Below are positions 34,874 to 46,296 of a DNA stretch of 64,000 nt, in pieces. Position numbers and translations under genes: made by a program. The DNA comes from Amphiscolops sp. MND2022. Its lineage: Eukaryota. The first letter of the stretch is position 1; each line of letters begins with the position of its first letter. The stretch covers positions 13,144,001 through 13,208,000 of the forward strand of contig OZ076412.1 of the NCBI GenBank assembly GCA_964187785.1, in the 5' to 3' direction. The notes below the pieces were generated by a model that was not told the origin of the DNA, searched no databases, and saw only the letters and a list, made by a program, of their open reading frames with translations.

Positions 34874-36312
34874 AACAAGCCGGGAACGGCATAAGTCGGC
34901 ACCGTATGTAAGGCTCAACAAGCCGGGACCAGCCCAAGTCGGCGCCATATCCAAGGCTCAAAAATAGCAAAAAGACTTCCAAGTGTCAAGTATTCTCTTT
35001 TACAGTACTCGAAAATCGAAAAATTTACGGAACATTTTTCGAAAAAATTATACACTCAAAAAATGGACCGAGTGGCGCGCCGGGGCCCGCTAGCGCGAGC
35101 CCCTGGCGCGCTGAAAGGGGGACACTTCCGAAATTGTCAACATTTTTGTCGCAGTTGAGGGGGTTTTGTCGCAAAACATCAAAAAATTGAAAGGGGGGAT
35201 TTTATTTTCGGAAAAAATCTCACAGTGCCGAAAAAAACTGGAAGGGGGGACCCTTTGGGATTTTCCAACATCCATTCTGTGGCAAAACAGCAAAAAAAAA
35301 TTGAATGGGGGACCCTTTGCGGAAAAAAAATTTCCCGGAAAAAGTCTCAATGCCGAAAAACAAAAAAACTGAAAGGGGGACCCTTTAGTCTCTCTCGGTA
35401 TTGTATATTACGCGGAAAAAAAAGAAAAACCTTTTTGGTTCAGTTCGCTAGGCCAAATGATTCAATTTGGGACCATAAAATTTCGTAGAACTTTCAAGAA
35501 CTATTTTGGTCAGTTCGTGTGGATTGAATAAAAATTGAACAAGCCGAGAACGGCCAAAGGCGGCGCTATATCTAAGGCTCAAAAAGTGCAAAATTTTCAA
35601 AATATGCTCATGACGTTTTTTTAAATGAAAAACTCACAAAAAGTTTCACCCAAAGGAAGCCTTCCGTGTTGGGAAAACGCTTCAGAAGTTCGGATATAGC
35701 GGCTGGGACAATCGCGAGCACTTGTTTTCGAACATCCGCCTCCTCCTCAGTGAAACAAAATATACTTCGGAAATAACGTCAAAAATTCGGATATAGCGCT
35801 TCACTCCGGATATTACGTTCAAATTTCGGATAGCATTGAAAAAAAATATTGGTGGATATGCATTCTCGGAGAAAACAGAATGTCAGATGAAAAATGACAA
35901 TTTTGAACAGTCTCATAGTCCCGAAAAATCTCAAAGGGGGATCCTTTGGGATTTTCAAACATCTATTATGTTCCAAATTATCAAAAAAAATTGAAGGGGG
36001 ACCCTTTGGTACAATCAAAAAATTTTCGAAGAAAGTCTCAGTGCCGAAAAAAATCCAAGTTAAAAACACCCAGATAGCCAAAGTGGGGATCCGTACTTGT
36101 TTTCAAGGTTCTGGACGTCGGTTTCATAATTTTGGATGAGGTTCTAAGGTTTGCGGTATGTTTTGGTCAAACTGAACAAATGAACAAAAAAGTGGACCTT
36201 AAGGGAGTAAAAAAAACTACCCACTGTAAGAGTCGGGCACATTTTCTACTAAAATGCGCCGACTAAAAAGAGTCACTATGATAGTCGCGTTTAACTTCAT
36301 GAAGCGCCGACT
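34874..36312 (-). mobile_element. Stacked or nested HINE-family cluster: three hairpin ends and two opposite ends
   Basis: aacaagccg heads at 34874, 34917 and 35538. gcgccgact ends at 36256 and 36304. Confidence 0.75.
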
Positions 36313-37129
36313 ACAAACAAATGAGACCTTTTTGGAAAATTGACATTTTCTAGAAAAAAGCCTTAAAAAAGTACCGACAATAACCTACTTTTTATTCAAT
36401 AAGTAGAGGGGAAACACCACGTGGTTTTTTCCGAGTAAGCATCTTTTTTCCCGAAGTTTTCCAAACCGGAGTTACTTCGTTGATTTTTGGCAGATGTAAA
36501 GAATTTTGCGAGCATAGATGGCCGCCTGATGTTTTTTCGGCAGAATGCGATTTACCGAAGAATTGTTTAAAAAATTGGAAAAATTTTTATCAGTTTTTTT
36601 TGAGGTTGTCTGTGGAGTAAAACCGTTTATCGAGTGTTACGAGTGACCTCTTTGATTTCCTTTTGGCCCCATGGACCCAACCTAATATGGTCTTCCTCAA
36701 TTCAATGACTGTGAAAGAGACCTATGATATTTTTCGGCAATAAGCAACTTTCCGAAAAACATTCATTTGGTCAAAGGGTCAAAACCCCTTCACCTTCATA
36801 AACGTTTCTGCTTCAAAATCGAAAAATTAAAATTTTCAAAAATTCTGTTTCGTGACGTTTCCAGTTGGGAAAAGCGGTTTTCGTGTCCAGTTGGATATTT
36901 TCAGATAAAAGTTTCACTATAGCGTCCTTACATTTTTAAAAAATATTTTTTTCTGATCATTGAGCAGGACACCGACTTGGGCGGTTCCAGGTTCGCTATC
37001 TTCCGCCCACATATAATGAGGGAGGAAAATCATAATCTGTGTTGAGTTTTTTTTCCAAATTCTGCCAAATCACCCAGTTTCTCCATCAACTTCACTTAGT
37101 GGACTATTTTAGTTACTTCACTATTCTAG

Positions 37130-37212
37130 TTACTATGGCTCAGTTGGTAGTGTATCCGCCTCTCAGGTAGTAGTTAGTGGGTTCGAATCTCGCCTTCGCC
37201 GGACATTTTTGA
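37130..37212 (+). ncRNA. tRNA-derived SINE-like head or tRNA pseudogene
   Basis: A-box TGGCTCAGTTGG at 37136-37147, B-box GGTTCGAATCT at 37180-37190, T-run at about 37206. No paired acceptor stem seen. Confidence 0.55.
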
Positions 37213-37715
37213 GAAGGTGGAAAAAATCCCGGTGCTTAGCGGGCGTCTTGTTTTCCTTAAGGCGTCTTGAAATAGTGTACGAAAAATACCAAAAATGTGC
37301 CGTATTGATAAAGGGCCTTGTAGGGCTTAGTAGCTTTTTGTCGACGAGTAAACAACTAGTTCGCTTCGCTTCAAATAGCCCTGCTTCGAGAATTAAACCA
37401 GCTTAATGTTTTTAGTTAAACCAGCTTAACACTTTTCAAACTGGAAGGGGATCCCTTTGAGTTTTATCCAGCATTGGGCTCTTTTCTGTCCCCCCCACCA
37501 CCAAAATTTTTGAAAATAACTTTCCTTAAAAACTTCAGACTAGCCTAATTAAAAATAAAACCTTCTTTCATAATAGGAAGTTAACTTCTATTGGAACAGT
37601 TTTCCGCTTGAACAAAACATTGTTCACTCATTTTGACTATAATTATGCTCGTATTAAGTGTTTATTGATGACTCAAAACAGGAAGCTGTTGATTTCTTCA
37701 AAAGTGCGTAGCATA

Positions 37716-38770
37716 TGTTGGCGCCAGAGATTGAGAAACCAACTTGAACATATTAGCTGGAAATCTTGAGTTACAAAACTTTGTAAAACACTCGAAACTC
37801 AAAAGCGTAATTAACTAACCTGTGCTGTTGTGATTAGTTGAAGTCAAATGATCAATTTGGTAATGGCGCTTAACGTTTGTCCCAAAGTTCATTGTACTTT
37901 GATTCTATTCGAACGAGAACGGTGGCGTGATTTGAGGCAAATGTTATCTATCCAACCTATCGGTCAAATTGCCGTTCATATTGCAGTTTCATTGATAGAT
38001 TTACCTCTTTATGGAAAATTTTGGAAGGAATTTCCAAATTGGAGGTGTGAGAGGTCCGAAAACGTGATGGAAAAAGTGATTTTATGTAACTTTGTTATTT
38101 GAATATCCTGTGATTTTAAAGGTTATCAACTGTACATCCGCTGAGTAGAGTATAAATTTGACCAATTTTGATACCATATTCAGAACGCTAATTAAAATAT
38201 TCTTGAAACTTAAATGTCTTTGACAGCTGTTGAGTAGCTACCCCGGTTCCGGTTTAGACAGGTTGTGACTGGGAGGGTAGCATTGCACTACTCAACGATC
38301 GAAAAAATAAACGATCAGCTGTTTTAGGAGTCCAAATCAATCAGAAAAGTACTCTTGAAATAGCTTCATTAGGCGTAGTAGATCTAAGATCTAGGAAAGC
38401 GTTCTATAATCGCTCATCGTAGTAGCGAGATCAAAAGCTCATCGTAAGAGCTTTTCAATCGAAACGACAACCCTCTTTGGAGGCTTGGGTGGAAACAATC
38501 CGTTGAGGACGATCAGTTGCAGTGTTTGGGCGTACAACATCCGGACAACGAAGAGGCGAGGCAGATTTCCAGTCAAAAGAGGGATTGGGATCGAAGTGTT
38601 GCTTAGCCTGGAGTCTGGTGTTGAGGAGCACGAAGCCGCTAGCAGCTGAGAACTCATTGAACAGATACAGTCCTTTAGAAAGTTTGTTCCTGCTTTTGGC
38701 CGAAGAAGCGGGAAGGATCAGGGACCGGCAGAAAGCTCAATTCCGCTGTAAGATTTGAGCGGCCGTTACA
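37716..38770 (+). repeat. 5' LTR (1055 bp)
   Basis: tgttggcgcc...gccgttaca. Nearly identical to 45242-46296; I saw one C/T difference near 37874. Contains a TATA-like gagtataaat near 38088 and aataaa near 38306. Confidence 0.97.
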
Positions 38771-38771
38771 T

Positions 38772-38788
38772 TTGGTCCGCCGACCCGG
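38772..38788 (+). promoter_or_regulatory. Primer binding site
   Basis: TGGTCCGCCGACCCGGA lies just after the 5' LTR and resembles the tRNA-Tyr-type PBS (TGGTCCTTCGAGCCGGA) seen in many BEL/Pao elements. The primer identity is not verified. Confidence 0.8.
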
Positions 38789-38831
38789 ACACTATTTGAT
38801 TCGGAAATTGGATTGGAAATCGAGAAAGAAG

Positions 38832-41800
38832 ATGGCTTCGAACGTAATACCGGAGCTCGATATAACATGGTTCAAGGACGACAAAAGGTTGAAGGACCTG
38901 AAGAAGTCAGGTGATCTTGCCAAATGGAAAGCTGGCGTTGATGCCCTAGATAATAGCTTCAAAAACTTGAATGTGATTGTCTCAACAGATGAATTCAGCA
39001 AGAAAACTGACTGGACTCCAGATACCAAACTGGTCGTCTTGGGGAAATTCTACAGTGAATTCTCAACTTAAAAGCAGAAGTTCATGGACTTGGTGACCTC
39101 GATCACATCAATGTTGAAAACAAAGGCACTTGAAGAGCTTTTAGCTCATCAAAAACGAATTCTTTTTGGATTGGACAAAGCAGTGGAGCTATGGACGACA
39201 AACAACGCTGCCCTCAAATGGATTGTCAAGAAATCAGAGCTCCTCATAACCAAAGCATCTATTGTGGAATATGGGAAGTTGGAAGACAAACAACGAGACA
39301 TTCTTCAATCCCAAGCGGAGTTGAAACGAGAGATAAATGCTTTGATCGGACAAAAGGACAGAGTGTCAAAGATACGTCAACTCCTTCAACGGTTTACTCA
39401 TAGACTAGAGGAACATAGAAAGCTTCAACAGCAGAAGCGGCAACTCATCAAACCTCTTTTGCTCACTTTACAAATCGAGGAAGCTGATGAGCGTGCGCAG
39501 GAGAAAGATCTACTTGGCTGGCTGAGCTACTTGAACGAACGCGAGGAGCAAAATGCCAGAGATAAACAAAGTCAAATGGTTCATCAAAATTTCGACTTAC
39601 CGGTGGCATCGAGGGAAGGCGAAGAACGCGTCCAAAATGTGGAGACAACAATGATACTGTCAGACAATGAAAATGAAGACGCTGAGCGCGTTGCCGGGCA
39701 AGGAAATGCTGGAGCCATTGGAGGAACTCCAGCAGCGGACGTTCCCACGGAGGAACCTAACCCTAATGTAGGGGCAGCTGAAGTCAGCGTTGTATCCCCT
39801 CAAAAGGCATTCCCGATCACAGAAGAGCCAAAGGATATCATGGGCAGCGCTAGAAAACAATTGGGATCAATTCCTTCGTCTCGATCGTCTCGGAGACGTG
39901 TGGAACTTGAAGCACAAATCTTCGAAGAACAAACAGAAGCTGAGATCAGAAAGAAGCAGCAGGAGATTGAGTTGAAACGGAAGCAGCGAGAGATGGAATT
40001 GGCAATAGCAAAGGAGGAACTAGAATTGGAAGAGATGACCCGCAAGAAACAGCTTCATCTGAAAATGAAGAAGTTGGAAATAATGGAGCGAGCATCATCG
40101 AGATCTAGCATTTGCAGCATGGATCATTCTGAGACTGAGAAAGCCGCGACTACAAAAGATTGGTTGGAGTCGTCGAGGAACCTTTTCAATCACTCGAACG
40201 AGGACCAAAGACAACCGAACCTATATGTGAAGAGTGAAGAACAAGGCACATCATACGACTTCAATGACGACCAAGAGTATGTTTCAAAGGACCCATCGTT
40301 GCCCGGAAAACAAACAGACGTCAAAAGGAAAACAATTAAGTTCAACCCTGAGAAGATGTTTGTACCTCAGACAATCTCAACGCCCGCTGCGAGCAACAGC
40401 CCATTAAAAAAATGGCAACGTAATCAACCGTTGGCAACAACATCATTCGGAGCTCTTCCAGCAGTAATGTCACCAATGAAACTACCGAAACTGGTTTTGG
40501 ACAAGTTCGCTGGAGATCCTCTCGAGTGGCCTGAGTGGTCTGGGCAGTTTCTAGCAACTGTGGATCAAGCTGGAGTACCGGACAGTGTCAAGATGAACTA
40601 CTTGAAAACTCTTGTAACGGGAAGAGCGAAATCATCAATAGACGGCATGGGCTACTCTGGTGGCATGTATCAAGTGGCTTGGCAAACACTTGAGCAAGAT
40701 TTCGGTCGACCAGAACTTGTTGTCAATGCACAACTGAAGAGGATCCACTCTTACGGATTCATCAAATCTCACGATTCAGTGGACATCATAAAGTATTCGC
40801 AAGTGGTTTCCGGATGTGTCAACGTCCTCACTCAGTATGGGTATGAAAGTGACATTGCTTCGGAGTCAGTGCTTAACAGTGCAGTAAGGAAACTACCAAT
40901 CGAGCTCAAAAATAAATGGCTCTCTCACCTGCAACGATTCGACCCGACATACAAGAGCTTGAGGGTGTTCAGCGCCTGGTTGAAAAACATTGCTCAGGTA
41001 CAAGAGAACATCCGCTTACAGTTCGGAAATGCAGGTGACAAGACGAAATCAACAACAAACAAAGACAAACCGAAGACAACCAGTTTTGCTGCTTCGACGG
41101 ACTCCTCCACCAAAGGCAAACCCTCGTGTCCATTGAAAGACGGGGAACACAAGTTGTGGCAATGTGAATTGTTCAAAACTATGAAACTAGCTGAACGATA
41201 CGAAACGGTGAAGAAATACAACTTGTGCTTTTCTTGTCTCAGTTCCGGTCATCGCATTGGACAATGCAAAAGCAACAGACTTTGTGGCAAGAATGGGTGC
41301 GGTAAACACCACAATCGCCTGTTGCACAGTGAAGAGAAACCAGATAGCAGTAAAATGGAATCGAAAGGAGCGGATGGTGAGCAACCGAATCCAGTAGCCA
41401 TCGCGAACTCATGCAGTGGGAGTCTGCAGATTGTGGCTTTGAGATTGTCACATGGAAACAAATCGTGTGACACTTTGGCTATTTGTGACACGGGTTCTAC
41501 GCTATCCTTCGTTGACGCAACACTGAAGAAAGAACTTCAAGCACAAGGTACTGGCTTGACTCTCAACATTGCAGGGATCAATGGCACGAAACAAATGCAA
41601 AGCGAGAAAGTGAAATTGGAAATCACAACTCCTACAGCTCGAGAAACTGTTTTGTTTCATGTGCATCCAAGCATGTTTCTGGGGAACAAGTCTTACGATT
41701 ATCACTCTATCAAACAGAAATACAAACATCTAGATGTCCTACCAAATGCAGTGTTCGATTTGAGCAAAGTCAAGGTGGTTCTTGGGCAAGATAACTACCA

Positions 41801-43781
41801 TTTGCTCTATCCAGTGGAATACAAGAAGGGACACAAAAATGAACCATGGGCGGTCAGAAATAAACTGGGATGGACGCTCAGTGGCCCGCTTCCGAAACAT
41901 GAAGTGGCCAATGTTGCATCAGGTACGAGTCATCTGGCATCAGAAGATAGTGAACTGAGCGTACAGCTAAAGTCCTGGTTCAGTATGGAATCATACGCGA
42001 CGAGGGTGAACGTCAGCGGACGGTCAAAGGACGATAAAAGAGCTTTGGCGCAGTTGGAACAAACAACTAAATTGGTCGATGGTAGATATGAAGTCGGCCT
42101 ACCATGGGCAGAAGATAACCCGAAGATCGAAAACAACTACTTCTCAGCGCATTCACAATTTTGCTCTTTGGAAAGACGCTTGGAAAAGGATCTTTCATTG
42201 AAAGCTAGATATCGAGACACAATTAAAGTAGATCTGGAGAATGAATATGTCAGGAAACTGGATGAAGAAGAACTTGGAGAAACGAAGGATGAGACTCAGT
42301 GGTACGTGCCTCACCATCCCGTGATAAACCCTCACAAACCAGAGAAAGTCCGAAGGGTTTGCAATGCTGCAGCGAAATTTCGAGGAACTTCTCTGAACGA
42401 TATGCTTCTCACGGGACCTGACCTCCTTCAAAACTTGGTGGGAATCATCTTCAGGTTCCGGGAGCATCCAATTGCCCTTACAGCTGACATAGAAGCGATG
42501 TTCTTGCAAGTTAAAGTGCCACCGCAAGACTGCAAGGTGTTACGTTTCTTATGGAGGAATAACCCGAGTGATCCGATCTCCGTGTATGAATACACCCGGC
42601 ATATTTTTGGAGCAAAGAGTAGCCCAACTTGTGCTAATTTTGCGCTGCAGAGAAATGCGAAGGACAACGAAAAGGACCACCCCATGGCGGCAAAAATCAT
42701 CCAAAGGAACTTCTACATGGACGACTTTGCAAAATCAGTAGAGACTGAAGAAGAAGCACGTTTTGTGTACCAAGACGTGAGAGAGACATTGAGGCTCGGA
42801 GGTTTTAACTTGTTGAAATGGATCTGCAACAGTGAAGCTGTATGTAATTCGATACCTGAAAAAGATCGATCAGACGCAGTCAATAAGACCTTTGAGGCAG
42901 AGCCGCATACCTCTTCGCTTTTGGGACTTCAATGGAAAGTAGAAGCAGACGAACTTGAAGTTTGCCGTGGAGCTGACAAAGAAGTGCCAGTGAAAATCAC
43001 TCAGAGAGCAGTACTCTCTTTCGTAGCCTCTGTCTTCGACCCACTTGGACTATTTGCACCATTCACAATGAGAATGAGGATGTTGCTGAAGACGATCTGG
43101 GCGAAGACAGGTCAACAATGGGATCAAGAAATTGACATTGATGATCAGACAGTTTTCCTAACATGGGCTAACGAGTTGAATCAATTGCCAAGTTCTCCAC
43201 TGAGACGCAGATACTTCATGAGCCAGTTTGATAAAGTGGACTTGCACATCTTTTCAGACGCCTCTTTGGAATCCATGTGCATTGTTGCGTACATAAGGGC
43301 TCTTACACCAAGCGGAACAGAAGTTTCATTCGTGACGGGAAAGTGCCGAATAGCCCCAATGAAACAACAAACTATACCCAAGCTGGAGCTGCAAGCAGCA
43401 TTGTACTCGGTGAGACTTAGGCAGCTGATAGAGAAGGAACACGACATCAAAATGGATTCAGTGACCCATTGGACGGATTCAATGACAGTGCTGAGGTGGC
43501 TTCATGCAGCACATAAGAAACAACAGGTGTTCGTCGCTAACAGAGTCGGGGAAATACTTGATCAATCAACTGTAGACGAGTGGCGACATGTGAAAGGCTC
43601 CATGAACCCTGCGGATATTGGAACTCGAGGTGTCACTCTTGAGCAGTTGCGAGAAAGTGAGTGGCTACACGGGCCGGCCTGGTTGCAAGATGAACCGGAG
43701 AACTGGCCAGAGCAGCAGTTAGTCGAACACGAGGACGAACAAACATGGACTATAGCTTCCAGAGAGAGTATTCTTGATTGA
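38832..43781 (+). CDS. BEL/Pao gag-pol, Gag-protease-RT-RNase H part, with an in-frame TAA at 39069-39071
   Basis: KLPKLVLDKFAGDPLEW (DUF1759-type gag), three Cys/His knuckles, AICDTGST protease, VPHHPV/DIEAMF/FGAKSSP/FYMDDF RT, IFSDAS/TIPKLELQAA/WTDS RNase H. The 38772-39071 and 39084-43781 ORFs are in the same frame. Confidence 0.95.
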
Positions 43782-43814
43782 ACTAGATTCAGCCAATTCA
43801 AGCGATTACTCAAT

Positions 43815-45260
43815 ATGCTTGTCTACTGTCGAAGAATCAAAAACAAAAGAAGAGGACCCTTGATGCCCGATGAGCTGAATTCAGCAGAATTGACGATCCT
43901 GCAACTCTCACAGCGGGAGAGCTACCCTGAGCTGTATGAAAAGCTCATCAAAAGTAGTGGAAAGCCTGCCAAGAATGACTTGGCAAAATTGTGTCCATTT
44001 CTAGACAAGCAGGGCACAATTAGACTGAAAGGACGGCTGAACAAGTCAATGCTTCCTGAAGAGACGAAGCATCCAATTCTTCTTTCAGCTAAACACCCTG
44101 CGATTGTTCTTCTCGTGAGACAAGCTCACGTGGACAATCATCATGAAGGAACTGAGCATGTCAGAAACATACTCCAGCAACAATACTGGATAACTGGACT
44201 CAGAAACGCTTTGAGACGCATCAAGTACAGCTGTGTACAATGTCGGAAAGCTGCTTCACAACCGTTTCAACCTCACATGGCAGACTTGCCTAAGGAGCGA
44301 GTGCAGCAGAACGTGTACCCTTTCAGCAACACAGGGGTCGACTACTTTGGACCCTTCGAAGTGACATTCTTCAGGAAGACAGTCAAGTACTGGTGTTGTC
44401 TCTTCACTTGTCTAGTCACTAGAGCAGTTCACATCGAAGTCGTGAACGGCTTGGACACAGACGCGTGCATGATGGCAATCACGCGATTCATGGCAAGGAG
44501 AGGCAAGCCATTGAAAATCATCAGTGACAATGGCACTAACTTTGTTGGAGCTGCACGGGAGTTCAAAGAATGCTTCAGTGAATGGAATCAAGATGCTCTT
44601 TCGGAAATTCTTGCCAAGCAGCGCGTCGTTTGGCAATTCAATCCCCCCGGAGCGCCACATTTCGGTGGTATATGGGAGCGACTTGTGAGAAGTTGCAAAA
44701 AGTCTATGATTGCTATCTTGGGAAGTCGACGCTTGACTCTACCAGTACTCACCACAACGATGTGTCTGGTTGAACAGACGCTAAATTCAAGGCCTTTGAC
44801 GCCTGTCAGTGATGATCCAGAGGATCTAGAGGCATTAACGCCTAACCATTTTCTACTGGGCAGACCTGTAATTTCGGAGCCATTATTTCCGGATGCATCA
44901 AGATACGTGAACTGTCGAAAGCTCTACAAAGCGTCTCAAGCATATCATGAAATGATATGGAAAAGATGGGCTCGCGATTATCTGCCGCAATGGAACGTGC
45001 GACCTAAATGGGGGAGCAATGACGTGCGAGCCCTCCAAGTAGGTGATCTGGTGTGGGTCATTGATGAGTCAGTGAAGCGGTGCAAAAATCAAATGGCTAG
45101 AGTTTTGGATGTCTTCCCGGGCAGTGATGGAGTGGTTCGATCAGCAAAGATACAGACTTCAAATGGGATATTCGTTCGACCCGCTGTGAAGCTGGCGCCA
45201 CTATTGGACGATTGTTTTCAGAGAGAAAACATGGCCGGCGATGTTGGCGCCAGAGATTGA
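43815..45260 (+). CDS. BEL/Pao integrase part, in the same frame after a TGA at 43779-43781
   Basis: H2C2 zinc-binding region (HVDNHH...CVQC), DDE core GVDYFGP / SDNGTNF / GGIWERLV, and C-terminal LTPNHFL...W.RW.RDYL. The stop codon lies inside the 3' LTR. Confidence 0.95.
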   Translation: MLVYCRRIKNKRRGPLMPDELNSAELTILQLSQRESYPELYEKLIKSSGKPAKNDLAKLCPFLDKQGTIRLKGRLNKSMLPEETKHPILLSAKHPAIVLLVRQAHVDNHHEGTEHVRNILQQQYWITGLRNALRRIKYSCVQCRKAASQPFQPHMADLPKERVQQNVYPFSNTGVDYFGPFEVTFFRKTVKYWCCLFTCLVTRAVHIEVVNGLDTDACMMAITRFMARRGKPLKIISDNGTNFVGAAREFKECFSEWNQDALSEILAKQRVVWQFNPPGAPHFGGIWERLVRSCKKSMIAILGSRRLTLPVLTTTMCLVEQTLNSRPLTPVSDDPEDLEALTPNHFLLGRPVISEPLFPDASRYVNCRKLYKASQAYHEMIWKRWARDYLPQWNVRPKWGSNDVRALQVGDLVWVIDESVKRCKNQMARVLDVFPGSDGVVRSAKIQTSNGIFVRPAVKLAPLLDDCFQRENMAGDVGARD

Positions 45261-46296
45261 GAAACCAACTTGAACATATTAGCTGGAAATCTTGAGTTAC
45301 AAAACTTTGTAAAACACTCGAAACTCAAAAGCGTAATTAACTAACCTGTGCTGTTGTGATTAGTTGAAGTCAAATGATCAATTTGGTAATGGCGCTTAAT
45401 GTTTGTCCCAAAGTTCATTGTACTTTGATTCTATTCGAACGAGAACGGTGGCGTGATTTGAGGCAAATGTTATCTATCCAACCTATCGGTCAAATTGCCG
45501 TTCATATTGCAGTTTCATTGATAGATTTACCTCTTTATGGAAAATTTTGGAAGGAATTTCCAAATTGGAGGTGTGAGAGGTCCGAAAACGTGATGGAAAA
45601 AGTGATTTTATGTAACTTTGTTATTTGAATATCCTGTGATTTTAAAGGTTATCAACTGTACATCCGCTGAGTAGAGTATAAATTTGACCAATTTTGATAC
45701 CATATTCAGAACGCTAATTAAAATATTCTTGAAACTTAAATGTCTTTGACAGCTGTTGAGTAGCTACCCCGGTTCCGGTTTAGACAGGTTGTGACTGGGA
45801 GGGTAGCATTGCACTACTCAACGATCGAAAAAATAAACGATCAGCTGTTTTAGGAGTCCAAATCAATCAGAAAAGTACTCTTGAAATAGCTTCATTAGGC
45901 GTAGTAGATCTAAGATCTAGGAAAGCGTTCTATAATCGCTCATCGTAGTAGCGAGATCAAAAGCTCATCGTAAGAGCTTTTCAATCGAAACGACAACCCT
46001 CTTTGGAGGCTTGGGTGGAAACAATCCGTTGAGGACGATCAGTTGCAGTGTTTGGGCGTACAACATCCGGACAACGAAGAGGCGAGGCAGATTTCCAGTC
46101 AAAAGAGGGATTGGGATCGAAGTGTTGCTTAGCCTGGAGTCTGGTGTTGAGGAGCACGAAGCCGCTAGCAGCTGAGAACTCATTGAACAGATACAGTCCT
46201 TTAGAAAGTTTGTTCCTGCTTTTGGCCGAAGAAGCGGGAAGGATCAGGGACCGGCAGAAAGCTCAATTCCGCTGTAAGATTTGAGCGGCCGTTACA
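45242..46296 (+). repeat. 3' LTR (1055 bp)
   Basis: Matches the 5' LTR, preceded by a purine-rich gagagaaaacatggccggcga PPT-like tract and followed by the TSD gcata. Confidence 0.97.

Larger units (their letters stand above)
37716..46296 (+). mobile_element. Full-length BEL/Pao LTR retrotransposon (8581 bp)
   Basis: TG..CA LTRs, 5-bp TSD GCATA (37711-37715 and 46297-46301), PBS, and domain order Gag-PR-RT-RH-IN with BEL/Pao signature motifs. Confidence 0.97.

Noticed and set aside
37130-37212. Functional tRNA genes here and at 21765, 15387 and 49400
   Set aside because: A/B boxes are present, but I could not form acceptor and anticodon stems.
37848-38758. 84-, 72- and 78-aa ORFs seen three times
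   Set aside because: They recur only because they lie within the three LTR copies; no domain evidence.
14040-43781. Stop-codon reassignment (TAG or TGA as sense)
   Set aside because: The long ORFs (1324, 1565 and 589 aa) contain no such internal codons and use TGG for Trp. Isolated stops are better explained as mutations.
39191-44773. Short alternative-frame and antisense ORFs within gag-pol
   Set aside because: Shadow ORFs of a long coding region; no env-like or accessory-gene features seen.
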